A stretch of DNA of 64,000 nt from Verrucomicrobiota bacterium. GTDB lineage: Bacteria; Verrucomicrobiota; Verrucomicrobiia; Limisphaerales; VHDF01. Positions 46,070 to 55,395 of this stretch are shown here, piece by piece (the first letter of the stretch is position 1; every line of letters starts with the position of its first letter). A model generated the notes under the pieces. That model was given only the letters and a program-made list of their open reading frames with translations, ran no database searches and was not told the DNA's origin. The position numbers and the translations under genes are program-made. The stretch lies in the NCBI GenBank assembly GCA_016871495.1, contig VHDF01000004.1:7174-71173 (forward strand), written 5' to 3'.

Positions 46070-46942
46070 GTGAACAAGGAACCTTTCAAACGCAAACTGC
46101 TGGATCTCGCGTTTTCAAACCACGGCTCTCAGTGGCTCAGGTTCCTTCGCGCCCATCGATGGAAGCCCGAACCGATGCGCCGGGTACATGCTTATGGAGT
46201 CGGACTTCCGCGTCCCGGCACTCATTCCATCGCCGGATTGTTGGGACGGTCCCTGAGGTCCGAACACGAACCTCTGGCGGCGACGACGCTCCGGGAAATC
46301 CGGTTATGGCAACAGGGGAAACGCACGGATGAAACACACCGAACCTTTCTCCTCCTTCGAGACCGCCATCTGGGGTTTGAGGTGGAGGCTTCCCACTTCT
46401 TGGTTTATTCGACCCCGATGCTGGCGGAATTGTTCCCGCGGGCGAGGTTCGTGTTCACGGTGAGGGAACCCGCGAGTTGGCTGGATTCGGAAATGACCCA
46501 GAATTTAGTGACCGACGCCTTGCCGGGCCGGGAATGGCGGGAATACGAAGAGCACCGTTACAGTGGCCGGGTGCGCCCGGGCGAAACGCCTGTTCTGCCC
46601 GCCAACGCGCGGCTATTCCCGCTGCAGGCTTATCTACGATACTGGGTTGATCACTGCGACCGCATCCTGAAGGCGGTGCCACCCGATCGCTTGCTGCTGG
46701 TCTTCACGCACGAACTGACACAAAGAGTGGACGAAGTGGCAAGGTTCGTTGGCGTCGCCCCGGACACCCTGGACCTTTCATCCAAGCAGTTGGACAGCAA
46801 TGAAAAGCGACGACGCGGAGACGCGGCGCAGGAGTTCGGACGGGATCGTGTGGTGCAAGGCATTCGCGAAATCTGCCTGCCCTGGATTCAAGCCCAACTC
46901 CCGGCCCTGATCCCGGCCTTGGCGGAACGCGGAGTCGCTTAG
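46070..46942 (+). CDS. sulfotransferase-family protein
   Basis: 290 aa. GLPRPGTHSI resembles the 5'-PSB loop (PKxGTT) and FTVREPASWLDS resembles the 3'-PB region. GTG start. Confidence 0.65.
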   Translation: MNKEPFKRKLLDLAFSNHGSQWLRFLRAHRWKPEPMRRVHAYGVGLPRPGTHSIAGLLGRSLRSEHEPLAATTLREIRLWQQGKRTDETHRTFLLLRDRHLGFEVEASHFLVYSTPMLAELFPRARFVFTVREPASWLDSEMTQNLVTDALPGREWREYEEHRYSGRVRPGETPVLPANARLFPLQAYLRYWVDHCDRILKAVPPDRLLLVFTHELTQRVDEVARFVGVAPDTLDLSSKQLDSNEKRRRGDAAQEFGRDRVVQGIREICLPWIQAQLPALIPALAERGVA

Positions 46943-47075
46943 CCCGCCTATTTCACGCACGAGACGCCCGGTGAGGACACCGGGCCTCCAAACAGAGAGG
47001 CCGTCGCGATTATAGGCCGCGTGCCCTCACGCGGCACGCTTTCCCGAATTCAAGCTCGAGTGTGAAATAGGCGGG
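46943..47075 (+). mobile_element. MITE family D, copy D2 (133 bp, perfect 14-bp TIR)
   Basis: cccgcctatttcac ... gtgaaataggcggg. Begins at the nucleotide after the sulfotransferase stop codon. Confidence 0.8.
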
Positions 47076-47096
47076 TTGGCGCCTGCATCCACCCTC

Positions 47097-47672
47097 TCAA
47101 TACAACCCAGCAATGGAGCTGGCCATATTCCGGGAGGTCGAGCCCATGCCAAAGGTTCGGGCCGACTTTTCCAAGCGACCGACAATGGCCTCAAATTCGG
47201 CCAGACTCAATGGACGCGTGGCGAGAATGAGGGCGGAAACGCGCCAAAGATAGTCATGCAGAGATCCGAGACTCTTGCCGTCGGGCCGTTTGCGCAACGC
47301 GACGAAAATCTCTTCCAGCTCGGCGTCTCGGGGCGGCTTCACGACCCGTGTGTACTGCGTCAGGTGTTGGTCGAAGATGGAGAACTCCATCAAATAGGCC
47401 GAGGGGTAGTCTCTTAGCTCAGGAGGCTTCGCCTCCCCGCGGCATAACTCCCGGAGTGGCGGCGCATTCCACAACTTGACGTCCTCGCCATGGACAAAAG
47501 GAATTTGAGATCGTGCAAAGCCACTCGGCTCGACCGAAGCGTCCTCGGACTGCATCACCGGAATGAGGAAGTTCGTCGAAGGCTCACTGGCCGTGCCAAG
47601 TCCCTTCGAAAATTCGAGAAAGGACGGAATGTATCGGTCGGGATCGTAAAAGCTCTTTGCACGGTGAGTCAC
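47097..47672 (-). CDS. orphan hypothetical protein
   Basis: 191-aa ORF with normal amino-acid composition. No signal peptide and no motif recognised. Bracketed by MITEs D2 and A5. Confidence 0.55.
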   Translation of the reverse strand: MTHRAKSFYDPDRYIPSFLEFSKGLGTASEPSTNFLIPVMQSEDASVEPSGFARSQIPFVHGEDVKLWNAPPLRELCRGEAKPPELRDYPSAYLMEFSIFDQHLTQYTRVVKPPRDAELEEIFVALRKRPDGKSLGSLHDYLWRVSALILATRPLSLAEFEAIVGRLEKSARTFGMGSTSRNMASSIAGLY

Positions 47673-48000
47673 GCCTTGGTCTCGACCGTTCCGCCCCAGA
47701 CTTCAAGCAGGAAATGAGAGATCCAAACTGCGGGCGCCAGGGCCAACTGAAATCCTCGGAGCGAGGAGCCGACCCACTGCGGACCGGACTCGAACCGGCA
47801 GGCCGACGGCAGATTTTTGGCGGGCTATACAATGCAACGATGCCGGGGCGAACAGCCGCACACCGGGATGACGGGGGGTCGGTCAGAAAAGACGGTGTTC
47901 CGATCGGAACCTCATTTGTGTCCGTGCCGCCGCGATGACCCGCAACCGCCCACGCCGATTCGCACCTGCACTCGGTTCGAATCCTTTCATCCGCGTCTCC

Positions 48001-48139
48001 GTGTATCCCGATGTTGTTGGTAGGGCGGGCCTGTTCCAGCCCGCCGCCCACGGGATGCAAAACATCATGCTCCGGCGGCGCGCCGGGACGGACGCGCCCT
48101 ACCTGCATCACCGGCAACATCGGCAACATCGGGATACAC
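48001..48139 (-). mobile_element. MITE family A, copy A5 (139 bp, internal 9-bp duplication)
   Basis: Flanked by tccgcgtctcc (47990-48000) and tccgcgtttcc (48142-48152). cggcaacat is duplicated at 48112-48129. Confidence 0.9.
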
Positions 48140-48185
48140 CGTCCGCGTTTCCGAAGCAGCTTCATCGCTTGAGTAAATCACGACG

Positions 48186-49598
48186 TTGGGCATGATGACC
48201 GGCATGATCCGCGATTCCGATTCCTCCCGACGAAGTTTCATTCAACGCGTCAGCGCAGCATCCGCCGCATCGATCATCCCGTCACCCGCGTGGAGCGGGT
48301 CCAAGCCCGGCTTCCGCATCGCGCCCTTCCGCTTCCCGGTGACGCCTCCCGTGGGACACCCGCTTTGCGGTGGCTGGATTGCCCCGGTGGCAGCCATCGA
48401 GGACGATCTGGAAGCGGTGGGATTCGTTCTCCTCGGCGCATCGGACCCCATTGTCGTGTGTGCGGTGGACTGGACCGGTTTGCTTAACGACGCGTATCAG
48501 GTCTGGAGGTCTGCATTGGCAGAGGCGGCTGGCACCACGCCGGACCGGGTAGCGGTCCAGTGTGTGCATCAACACGACGCGCCTTTCGTCTGCCTGGCCG
48601 GGCAGAGGTTGCTCGATGAAGCCCGCAGCGGGCTGAGCGTCGTCGCTCTCGATTTTTTTCACCGGTGTCTATCCGCGGGTCGTGCCGCGGTACGCGAGGC
48701 GTTGCCCAAAGCCCGCCCCGTGACGCACGTGGGATTCGGATCCGCGGTGGTGGACCGCATCGCGAGCAACCGTAGGGTCGATCAAGGTCCCGATGGCAAA
48801 GTTCGCAAAATGCGAGGCAGCTCCTGCCGCGATGCGGACTTGATCGCCATGCCTGAAGGCCTGATAGATCCCCTCTTGAGGACGGTCGCGTTTTTCGAGG
48901 AAGACCGAAAGATCGCGGCGTGCCATTATTACGCGACCCATCCGATGAGCCATTATGGGCAGGGCCGAGTCAGTTCGGATTTTGCCGGGCTCGCCCGCAA
49001 GCGACTGCAAGCGGAGGAACCTGACTGCCACCACATCTACTTCACGGGGTGTGCCGGCAATCTGGCGGCCGGGAAATACAACGACGGCTCGCCCGCCGCG
49101 CGAATTCAGCTCACTCAGCGACTGTTCGAGGCCTTGAAATCCTCGCAGTCGGCCATGCCACGAAGCCCGCTCGATCGAGTGCGCTGGCGCACCCATCGGT
49201 TCCGCCCTGAAGCTCCGCCTCAGCCCGCCATGGACGAACTCCGTGCCATCGTCCGGAAGACCGATGCTTCCCGGGTGGACCGCATCCGTTCCGCCATGCG
49301 GCTCGCCTACACGGAGCGGTTGCGAAATCACGCACCGATCCTGCTCACCGCCTTGGAACTCAATGAAGGCTCCATCCTTCACCTGCCTTCCGAATGTTTC
49401 GTCGAGTATCAACTTCGCGCCCAATCGATGCGCCGGGGCCAATTCGTCGCCTCGGCAGCCTACGGTGATGGAGGCCCCTGGTATATTCCCACCCGTGACG
49501 AATATCCTCGCGGCGGTTATGAAGTTTCCATGGCTTTCAGCGCCGACAGCATTGATGCCCTGCTGACGGCCGGAATCAAGGATCTGCTGAGCACCTGA
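48186..49598 (+). CDS. Tat-signal hypothetical protein (distant neutral-ceramidase-like layout)
   Basis: 470 aa. SSRRSFIQRVSAASAASIIP Tat-like leader. The C-terminal block LHLPSECFVEYQL...YGDGGPWYIPTRDEYPRGGYE parallels the partial ORF at 63637-64000. Confidence 0.75.
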   Translation: MGMMTGMIRDSDSSRRSFIQRVSAASAASIIPSPAWSGSKPGFRIAPFRFPVTPPVGHPLCGGWIAPVAAIEDDLEAVGFVLLGASDPIVVCAVDWTGLLNDAYQVWRSALAEAAGTTPDRVAVQCVHQHDAPFVCLAGQRLLDEARSGLSVVALDFFHRCLSAGRAAVREALPKARPVTHVGFGSAVVDRIASNRRVDQGPDGKVRKMRGSSCRDADLIAMPEGLIDPLLRTVAFFEEDRKIAACHYYATHPMSHYGQGRVSSDFAGLARKRLQAEEPDCHHIYFTGCAGNLAAGKYNDGSPAARIQLTQRLFEALKSSQSAMPRSPLDRVRWRTHRFRPEAPPQPAMDELRAIVRKTDASRVDRIRSAMRLAYTERLRNHAPILLTALELNEGSILHLPSECFVEYQLRAQSMRRGQFVASAAYGDGGPWYIPTRDEYPRGGYEVSMAFSADSIDALLTAGIKDLLST

Positions 49599-49669
49599 AG
49601 TTTCCTGGAGCGCACCCCTCGGAAAGACCGCCTTTTCCATTGCCTCCCCCGCTCGCCACGGGCTAATCC

Positions 49670-50704
49670 TTGGCTATGCACTCGACACGACTTGCCTCCC
49701 GTCTTTTCCTCCTGCTCTCGGGCCTCCTGACACTGATCCAACCGCAAGCCGCCGAGAAGTTCGAGTCGGTGCTGACTCCCGATCCGTTGATGGGCAACTA
49801 CGAAGGCACCTGGACGGCGCCGGACGGCAAATTCAAACTCAGCGCCCAGGTGCGATCGCTGGGATCAGGACAATACGACGGCTTCCTGCTCCTCATCCGT
49901 GACAAAAACCATGTCGCCGCGGTGCAACTGAAGTCGGGCGGTGCCAACGAATCCGGGGCTGTGAAAATTTCCGGCCTGTCGCTGCCGGCAAAACCCGGCG
50001 GCGAGTTGCAGCCCAAGGTAACCGTGGAAGCCCGCCTCCGAGACGGAATCTTCGAAGGCACGTTCTCGGGCGACTTGGGACAGGGCCATTTTCGCGGAGA
50101 CAAAATCGTCCGGCAACCGGACAGCTTGGGAGCCAGGCCGCCTTCGGACGCGATTGTCTTGTTCGACGGCAAGGACACCAGCAGGTTTACCAATTTCAAC
50201 TGGAAGGTCCTGGGGGACGGAGCCATGGAAGTCGGGGGCAACAACATTGTGACTTCCGAGAAATTGGGGAGTTTCAAGCTTCACCTGGAATTCAAGACGC
50301 CGTTCATGCCCAAAGCCCGCGGCCAGGCCCGCGGTAACAGCGGAGTGTATCTCCAATCCATTTACGAAGTGCAGGTGCTCGACTCTTTCGGTTTGCTGCC
50401 TTTGCAAATCAACGACTGCAGCAGCATCTATGGAGTGAAAGCGGCCAGCGGCAATGCCTGTTTGCCCCCTTTGCAATGGCAGACATATGACATCACCTTT
50501 CGCGAAGGCAAAGCGGGAGCTCCGCCTGCCATCACCGTCGTTCACAACGGTGTGACCGTTGTCGATCAAGCCCCGGTACCCTCCCAACTCGTGGGCAAGG
50601 GCGGCGGTGGAGGCATCCCCCACGGCGGCTTCTTGATGCTCCAGAATCACGGTGATCCCGTACAATACCGTAACATCTGGGCAGTACGGCTCGGGGATCT
50701 GTAA
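49670..50704 (+). CDS. DUF1080 (3-keto-disaccharide-hydrolase-like) domain protein, secreted
   Basis: 344 aa. Signal peptide; the C-terminal half FDGKDTSRFTNFNWKV...FKLHLEFK...GNSGVYLQSIYEVQVLDS matches DUF1080. Confidence 0.85.
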   Translation: MAMHSTRLASRLFLLLSGLLTLIQPQAAEKFESVLTPDPLMGNYEGTWTAPDGKFKLSAQVRSLGSGQYDGFLLLIRDKNHVAAVQLKSGGANESGAVKISGLSLPAKPGGELQPKVTVEARLRDGIFEGTFSGDLGQGHFRGDKIVRQPDSLGARPPSDAIVLFDGKDTSRFTNFNWKVLGDGAMEVGGNNIVTSEKLGSFKLHLEFKTPFMPKARGQARGNSGVYLQSIYEVQVLDSFGLLPLQINDCSSIYGVKAASGNACLPPLQWQTYDITFREGKAGAPPAITVVHNGVTVVDQAPVPSQLVGKGGGGGIPHGGFLMLQNHGDPVQYRNIWAVRLGDL

Positions 50705-50773
50705 CGGCGGCTTCCTCCACAACCTTTCCCCAGGGTCAGCGTCGATTCGCACCGGCTGCCTCATTTCCCTCCC

Positions 50774-53311
50774 ATGGTCAGGAATTTTGTTCACGCGTCG
50801 CGGAGGCGGTCCGCCTCGCAATTCCTCTGGTTCGTCGGCCTGGTGTTCGCCGTGGCACCCTTGCTGAGAGCCCAGTTCTCAGCGCTTCCCTTGCGTGTTT
50901 TCTCCGAAAACGTGCAGATGGGCGCCGAACCCCGCACCACGTTGGTCCTCGGCCGCGACGGCATGCTTTACGGAGCCACCCTGCTGGCGGGTGGCACGCT
51001 CAAAGGCACGCTTTTTCGCATGCGGACGGACGGAGGCGATTATCGTATCCTTCACCGATTCACCTCGACCGAGCCGGATCTTGGCTCGAGTCCCTACGGG
51101 CGGCTGCTCGAAGCCGGGGACGGGCATTTCTACGGCACCACCTACGAGGGAGGGCCCGCTAATCGTGGTGTCATTTATCGACTGGAACGCGGGACCTGGG
51201 TTTTCACCGTCTTGCACGCTTTCACGGGCGGAACCAACGACGCCGCCAAACCCTACGGAGGTTTGGTCGAGGGCAGTGACGGCGCACTCTACGGGACCAC
51301 ATTCCTGGGTGGCGCGTCCAACCGAGGATCCTTTTTCAGGATTCGCAAGGACGGCACGGGCTTCGCGGCGCTCAAGCATTTCAGCGATGCGCCGGGCGAC
51401 GCGTCGCAGCCCACATCGACATTGCTCAAGGGTTCCGACGGGCGATTCTACGGCACTTCCTATCTTGGCGGCGCGTCCAGCATTGGAACGGTGTTCCGCA
51501 TCCAAGAGGATGGTTCGGGCTTCACTCTTCTGCAAAGTTTCACCGGACAAGGCGGGGATGGATCCTATCCGTTCGGCGGCTTGATCGAAGGGGTCGATGG
51601 ATTGCTCTACGGCACGACCTCCGCGGGCGGCCAGAGTCAGTTTGGAACCCTTTTCAAGCTGGGAAAGGATGGTTCCGGCTACACCTTGTTGCATCGCTTC
51701 AACACTCTGGAGGCGGGTGGACATCAGCCCTACGGCGAGCTCTTCCAGGCCAGGAGCGGATTGTTGTATGGCACCACTGCGTTCGGGGGGACCAACGATC
51801 AAGGGACGGTGTTTCAAATTGCCACCAACGGCACTTCTTACATCATTCACCGGCGCTTTCAGGGCGGACTCGCTGATGGCGCCGTTTCTTACGCGGGGCT
51901 GGCGCAAGATGCAGACGGATGGTTGCACGGCGTCGCCGTGACCGGAGGATCCGTCGACTCGGGCCTGGCGTTTCGAATGCGGCCTGATGGTTCGGGTTAT
52001 TCGATCTCGCATCAATTCGCCGGCACCGAGGGGGAAGCAGCGAGCCCCTACACCGCCCTGATCGAGGGGCGGGACGGAATCCTTTACGGAACGACCTTCC
52101 AAGGCGGCCACACCAATTTGGGCACCATTTTCCGAGTCAATCGAGACGGTGGAGATTACCGCATCTTGCACAGCTTCAGCGGTCCGGATGGGTCACAGCC
52201 CTACGCTGGGGTCATCGAAACCCGGGACGGATTCCTGTTCGGTGCCGCCGGGGGCGGAGGTCAGCGCAACGCGGGAACCCTTTTTCGACTCCACAAGGAT
52301 GGATCGGGATTCGCGGTCTTGAAACATTTCGAGGGCACCGTCCAGGACGGCATGATCCCTTTCGGGCGGTTGCTCGAAGCCGACGACGGCATGATCTATG
52401 GCACCACCTCGGGCGACGTGGGCACTGCAAACTACGGCACTTTGTTCAGGCTGCGCCCGGACGGTTCAGCCTACCAGGTATTGCGAACGTTCTCCGGCAC
52501 CGGAGGCGGCGGAACACAGCCGTTCGGCGGTCTCGTGCAGGGACCAGGCGGCTGGCTCTATGGCACCACCGCCTACCGGGATGCCACCAATAACGGGACG
52601 ATCTTTCGTGTAGGCAAAGACGGATCCGGCTTCAGCACCCTTCATGCCTTTGGAGATCGTCCGGAGGATGGAACCTTTCCGTTCCACGGACTCACTCTGG
52701 CTTCCGACGGCTTCCTCTATGGCACCACGTTTTCGGGAGGTTTGACCCAGCACGGCACGATTTTTCGGATCCGCCCCAGCAGCGACAATTACGAAGTGCT
52801 GCACCGCTTCCGCGGGGGGCCGGTCGATGGATCACTCCCCTCTGCGAACGCAGGCTTGGTCGAGGGCAAGGATGGGGCGCTCTACGGAGTGACTTACAGC
52901 GGAGGAGTATCCAATCTCGGAACCGTTTACCGCCTGGCCAAGGGCGGTGGACCGGTGTCCATCCTTACGCATTTCACGGGCAACACGAGAGCCGGAGCTC
53001 AGCCCTATGGTGGGCTGACGATCGCTCGGGACGGTTTGATCTATGGCACGACGCATAGCGGCGCGGCCGGATGCGGAGCTTTGTTTGTGCTGGGGCCGGA
53101 AGCCACGCTGGCGTTTTCGCCACCGTCAAACGTCAGGTTGCTTGGACCGAACGGTCGGCGATTCTCCCTGCAGACCTCGGAAGATTTATCGAATCCGAAC
53201 GGTTGGCGCTCCCTGAGCGAACTCACCATCATTGAGGGAGTCGCCCTTTACTCGGACCCCGCGGCGAACGGTATCTCCCAGCGATTCTATCGCGCCGTGT
53301 GGAAACCGTGA
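50774..53311 (+). CDS. GloVer (Gloeobacter/Verrucomicrobia) tandem-repeat protein
   Basis: 845 aa. About 14 tandem ~47-aa units of the form LYGTT..GG...GT(I/L/V)FR...DGSG..(V/I)LH.F.G. Signal-like N-terminus. The tail ends QRFYRAVWKP. Confidence 0.88.
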   Translation: MVRNFVHASRRRSASQFLWFVGLVFAVAPLLRAQFSALPLRVFSENVQMGAEPRTTLVLGRDGMLYGATLLAGGTLKGTLFRMRTDGGDYRILHRFTSTEPDLGSSPYGRLLEAGDGHFYGTTYEGGPANRGVIYRLERGTWVFTVLHAFTGGTNDAAKPYGGLVEGSDGALYGTTFLGGASNRGSFFRIRKDGTGFAALKHFSDAPGDASQPTSTLLKGSDGRFYGTSYLGGASSIGTVFRIQEDGSGFTLLQSFTGQGGDGSYPFGGLIEGVDGLLYGTTSAGGQSQFGTLFKLGKDGSGYTLLHRFNTLEAGGHQPYGELFQARSGLLYGTTAFGGTNDQGTVFQIATNGTSYIIHRRFQGGLADGAVSYAGLAQDADGWLHGVAVTGGSVDSGLAFRMRPDGSGYSISHQFAGTEGEAASPYTALIEGRDGILYGTTFQGGHTNLGTIFRVNRDGGDYRILHSFSGPDGSQPYAGVIETRDGFLFGAAGGGGQRNAGTLFRLHKDGSGFAVLKHFEGTVQDGMIPFGRLLEADDGMIYGTTSGDVGTANYGTLFRLRPDGSAYQVLRTFSGTGGGGTQPFGGLVQGPGGWLYGTTAYRDATNNGTIFRVGKDGSGFSTLHAFGDRPEDGTFPFHGLTLASDGFLYGTTFSGGLTQHGTIFRIRPSSDNYEVLHRFRGGPVDGSLPSANAGLVEGKDGALYGVTYSGGVSNLGTVYRLAKGGGPVSILTHFTGNTRAGAQPYGGLTIARDGLIYGTTHSGAAGCGALFVLGPEATLAFSPPSNVRLLGPNGRRFSLQTSEDLSNPNGWRSLSELTIIEGVALYSDPAANGISQRFYRAVWKP

Positions 53312-53461
53312 GAAGCAGGGCGGGTCGCAAAGAAGAGCGACTCGCCAATTACTTACGCTTGCATGGTTGGGAAACGCGGACGATCAAGTCGCCGCCATGC
53401 GGGGCAGCCAGGAAACTCCTGACCGCGCAACCCGGATGAAGTTTCCCGGGTCGATCCGGTT

Positions 53462-54652
53462 TCAGTTTTCGCCCAGCAAACGTTCAAGACCATTCACGAG
53501 CCGGTCGAAAGCTTCGCCCGCTTCCCTTGTTTCGAGCGCGCCGTAAGCCACTCTGAGCGCGCACTCTTTCTCCAGTCCGAACGCGCTTCCCGGAATCACC
53601 GCCACCCCCGCCTGCTCGACGAGCCGCTCCACGCAAGCCATGGAGGAACGGGTGCCAGGAAGCCGGACCATCACATAAAATGCCCCTTCGGGTTCGTTGA
53701 ATTCCAGCTTCCCCTCCAGCCGCCGCAGCTTCTGCCGTAAAAGCGATCGATTCCCGGCAATCATCTGTGAACGCGCCTCGCAGTACGCTCGTCCCGCCCG
53801 CAGCGCCCCGAGGGCGGCCAACTGCGACACCGCCGGCGCGCAAATGAGCAGGGTATCCTGAATCTTTCGCACAGGTTCAAGCAGATCCGCGGGCATGGTC
53901 ATGAATCCAATGCGCCAACTCGCGAAGCCATACGCTTTGGAAAGGGAATAGAGCGAAATCGTGTGATCCTCTGCCCCTTCGAATCCCCCCGGGGAAACCA
54001 CCTTCATGCCATCCCAGGCGAAATACTCGTAGGCCTCGTCGTGGATATGGAACAACCCCTTCTCCCGACAGAGTTCATTCACCGCACGCAATTCCTCCTC
54101 GCGGTACACCGCACCCGTGGGATTGTTCGGGGAAACGGTCACGATGGCCCGCGTCTTCGGAGTGACCAGAGCTCGCAGGCGATCCGGCAGCAAGTGATAA
54201 TCCGGTCCCGTGGGCGCGAGCACCGGACGCGCATGGGCCATGACAATAGCCATCTCGTGGTTGAAGTAGTAAGGAAGTGGAAGGATGACTTCATCGCCCT
54301 CGTCCGCCACCGCCAGAATGGCGTTGTAAAACGCAAGGTTTCCTCCCGCGGTCACCACCAACCGGCTCCGTTTCCCGGTTTCAAGGCCGTTTTCATGGCG
54401 CAATTTGGCCGCCCACGCGTCCACCAACGCGGGCATGCCCGTCACCGGTTTGTATTTATGGATGTCTGGAGCGAGCAACCCCTCCCGCATCGCCGCTTCC
54501 GCTTCAGGCGGAGGCCCGTAGTAAACCACGCCTTGCCCAAGTGAAATGGTGCCAGGATGACGCCGAATCAGATCCGCCACCACCGGAATGACCGGTGTCT
54601 GCACGCGGCTCATCCGAGGGGAGCGGCCGCGCTCGTCGCCGAGTTCACTCAT
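53462..54652 (-). CDS. class I/II pyridoxal-phosphate-dependent aminotransferase
   Basis: Start at ATG 54652 (MSELGDERG...) or 54613. YSLSKAYGFASWRIGF PLP-lysine motif; NPTGAVY. Confidence 0.88.
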   Translation of the reverse strand: MSELGDERGRSPRMSRVQTPVIPVVADLIRRHPGTISLGQGVVYYGPPPEAEAAMREGLLAPDIHKYKPVTGMPALVDAWAAKLRHENGLETGKRSRLVVTAGGNLAFYNAILAVADEGDEVILPLPYYFNHEMAIVMAHARPVLAPTGPDYHLLPDRLRALVTPKTRAIVTVSPNNPTGAVYREEELRAVNELCREKGLFHIHDEAYEYFAWDGMKVVSPGGFEGAEDHTISLYSLSKAYGFASWRIGFMTMPADLLEPVRKIQDTLLICAPAVSQLAALGALRAGRAYCEARSQMIAGNRSLLRQKLRRLEGKLEFNEPEGAFYVMVRLPGTRSSMACVERLVEQAGVAVIPGSAFGLEKECALRVAYGALETREAGEAFDRLVNGLERLLGEN

Positions 54653-54701
54653 GGGAAAGGATTCGGAAGAGCGGAAGCCAGCTTTGGTCCGGCAAAGCCC
54701 G

Positions 54702-55079
54702 TCAAGGAGATCGCCCCTTGGTATTCGAGGGGTTCGGCGCAGCGGGGGGCTTGTTGGTGCCCGCCGCTGCGGGATTCGGTGTCCAGGTGATCCCAAAATG
54801 GTTGACCAATTGTCGCGCCGTATCGTTCGTGGCCGACATTTGCACCAAGTCGCGAGAGAAAAGCTCCAGACGGGGTTCGATCTGGCTTTGAAGCAGACGA
54901 GCCTCCGGCAGCATGGCCACCTGCCGCTTTTGCGCTTGAAGCATTTCGCCGCGCTGCCCAATCAGATTCAACGTTTGCAGGACATTGGCAACGAGCAGCG
55001 AAATGAGAACTGCCATCAAACCGAGGAATGGGGTCGCGGGCGTCTCGTGGCCGTGGGAGGCGTGGGAAGTCGGTTCCAT
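54702..55079 (-). CDS. small single-pass membrane protein (paralog 2)
   Basis: 125 aa. TM helix FLGLMAVLISLLVANVL, then a Q-rich helical region and a Pro/Ala-rich tail. Same layout as the adjacent 93-aa ORF. Confidence 0.55.
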   Translation of the reverse strand: MEPTSHASHGHETPATPFLGLMAVLISLLVANVLQTLNLIGQRGEMLQAQKRQVAMLPEARLLQSQIEPRLELFSRDLVQMSATNDTARQLVNHFGITWTPNPAAAGTNKPPAAPNPSNTKGRSP

Positions 55080-55093
55080 GAGGGCAGGTGAGA

Positions 55094-55375
55094 TCAGCGC
55101 CGGGAGGGCGCGTTGGTGGGATCCGCCAGAATGAATTTGTGCTGAATCAACAACCGCTTCAAGGAAGGATCGCGCTCCGCTCCCCGCATCGTCTGGCCCA
55201 CAAGATTGTTCATCGTGTTTTGGACCGATTGCGCCCTTTGAATTTCCGTTTGCGACTCGGCGAGTTGCCGGTTCAACCTGCCGTTCAGCGTCGCCAGAAT
55301 CAGGTTGCTGAACACCACGGCGGCGCAGGCGACTCCCAAAACGTTGAAGAGATTGGTTTGTTTACGCGACATCAT
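55094..55375 (-). CDS. small single-pass membrane protein (paralog 1)
   Basis: 93 aa. TM helix LFNVLGVACAAVVFSNLILA, then a Q-rich helical region. Confidence 0.55.
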   Translation of the reverse strand: MMSRKQTNLFNVLGVACAAVVFSNLILATLNGRLNRQLAESQTEIQRAQSVQNTMNNLVGQTMRGAERDPSLKRLLIQHKFILADPTNAPSRR

Positions 55376-55395
55376 GTCCAGAGGCGAACGATTGT

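Noticed and set aside
47770-48000. tmRNA or tRNA gene on the minus strand (GGATTCGAAC near a 5' end, GGTTCGAGTCC T-arm near a 3' end)
   Set aside because: No 7-bp acceptor stem can be formed between the putative ends. No D- or anticodon arm could be folded by hand. The span (~225 nt) is too short for tmRNA, and no tag reading frame ending in ..AA-stop is present. I kept it only as a possible tRNA-derived scar.
26927-48139. Possibility that the dispersed 130-bp repeats are a CRISPR array or REP/BIME elements serviced by the RAYT-like transposase fragment at 1526-1821
   Set aside because: The copies are kilobases apart, lie in both orientations and have no regular spacers, so they are not a CRISPR array. 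They carry terminal inverted repeats and locus-specific flanking duplications, which Y1/RAYT-mediated REP mobilisation does not produce. The transposase remnant is also a dead fragment.
50774-53311. Possibility that the internally repetitive GloVer gene hides a diversity-generating retroelement (TR/VR pair) or an assembly collapse
   Set aside because: The repeats are diverged at DNA level, with a conserved amino-acid pattern only. No near-identical template/variable repeat pair and no reverse transcriptase gene is present in the window.
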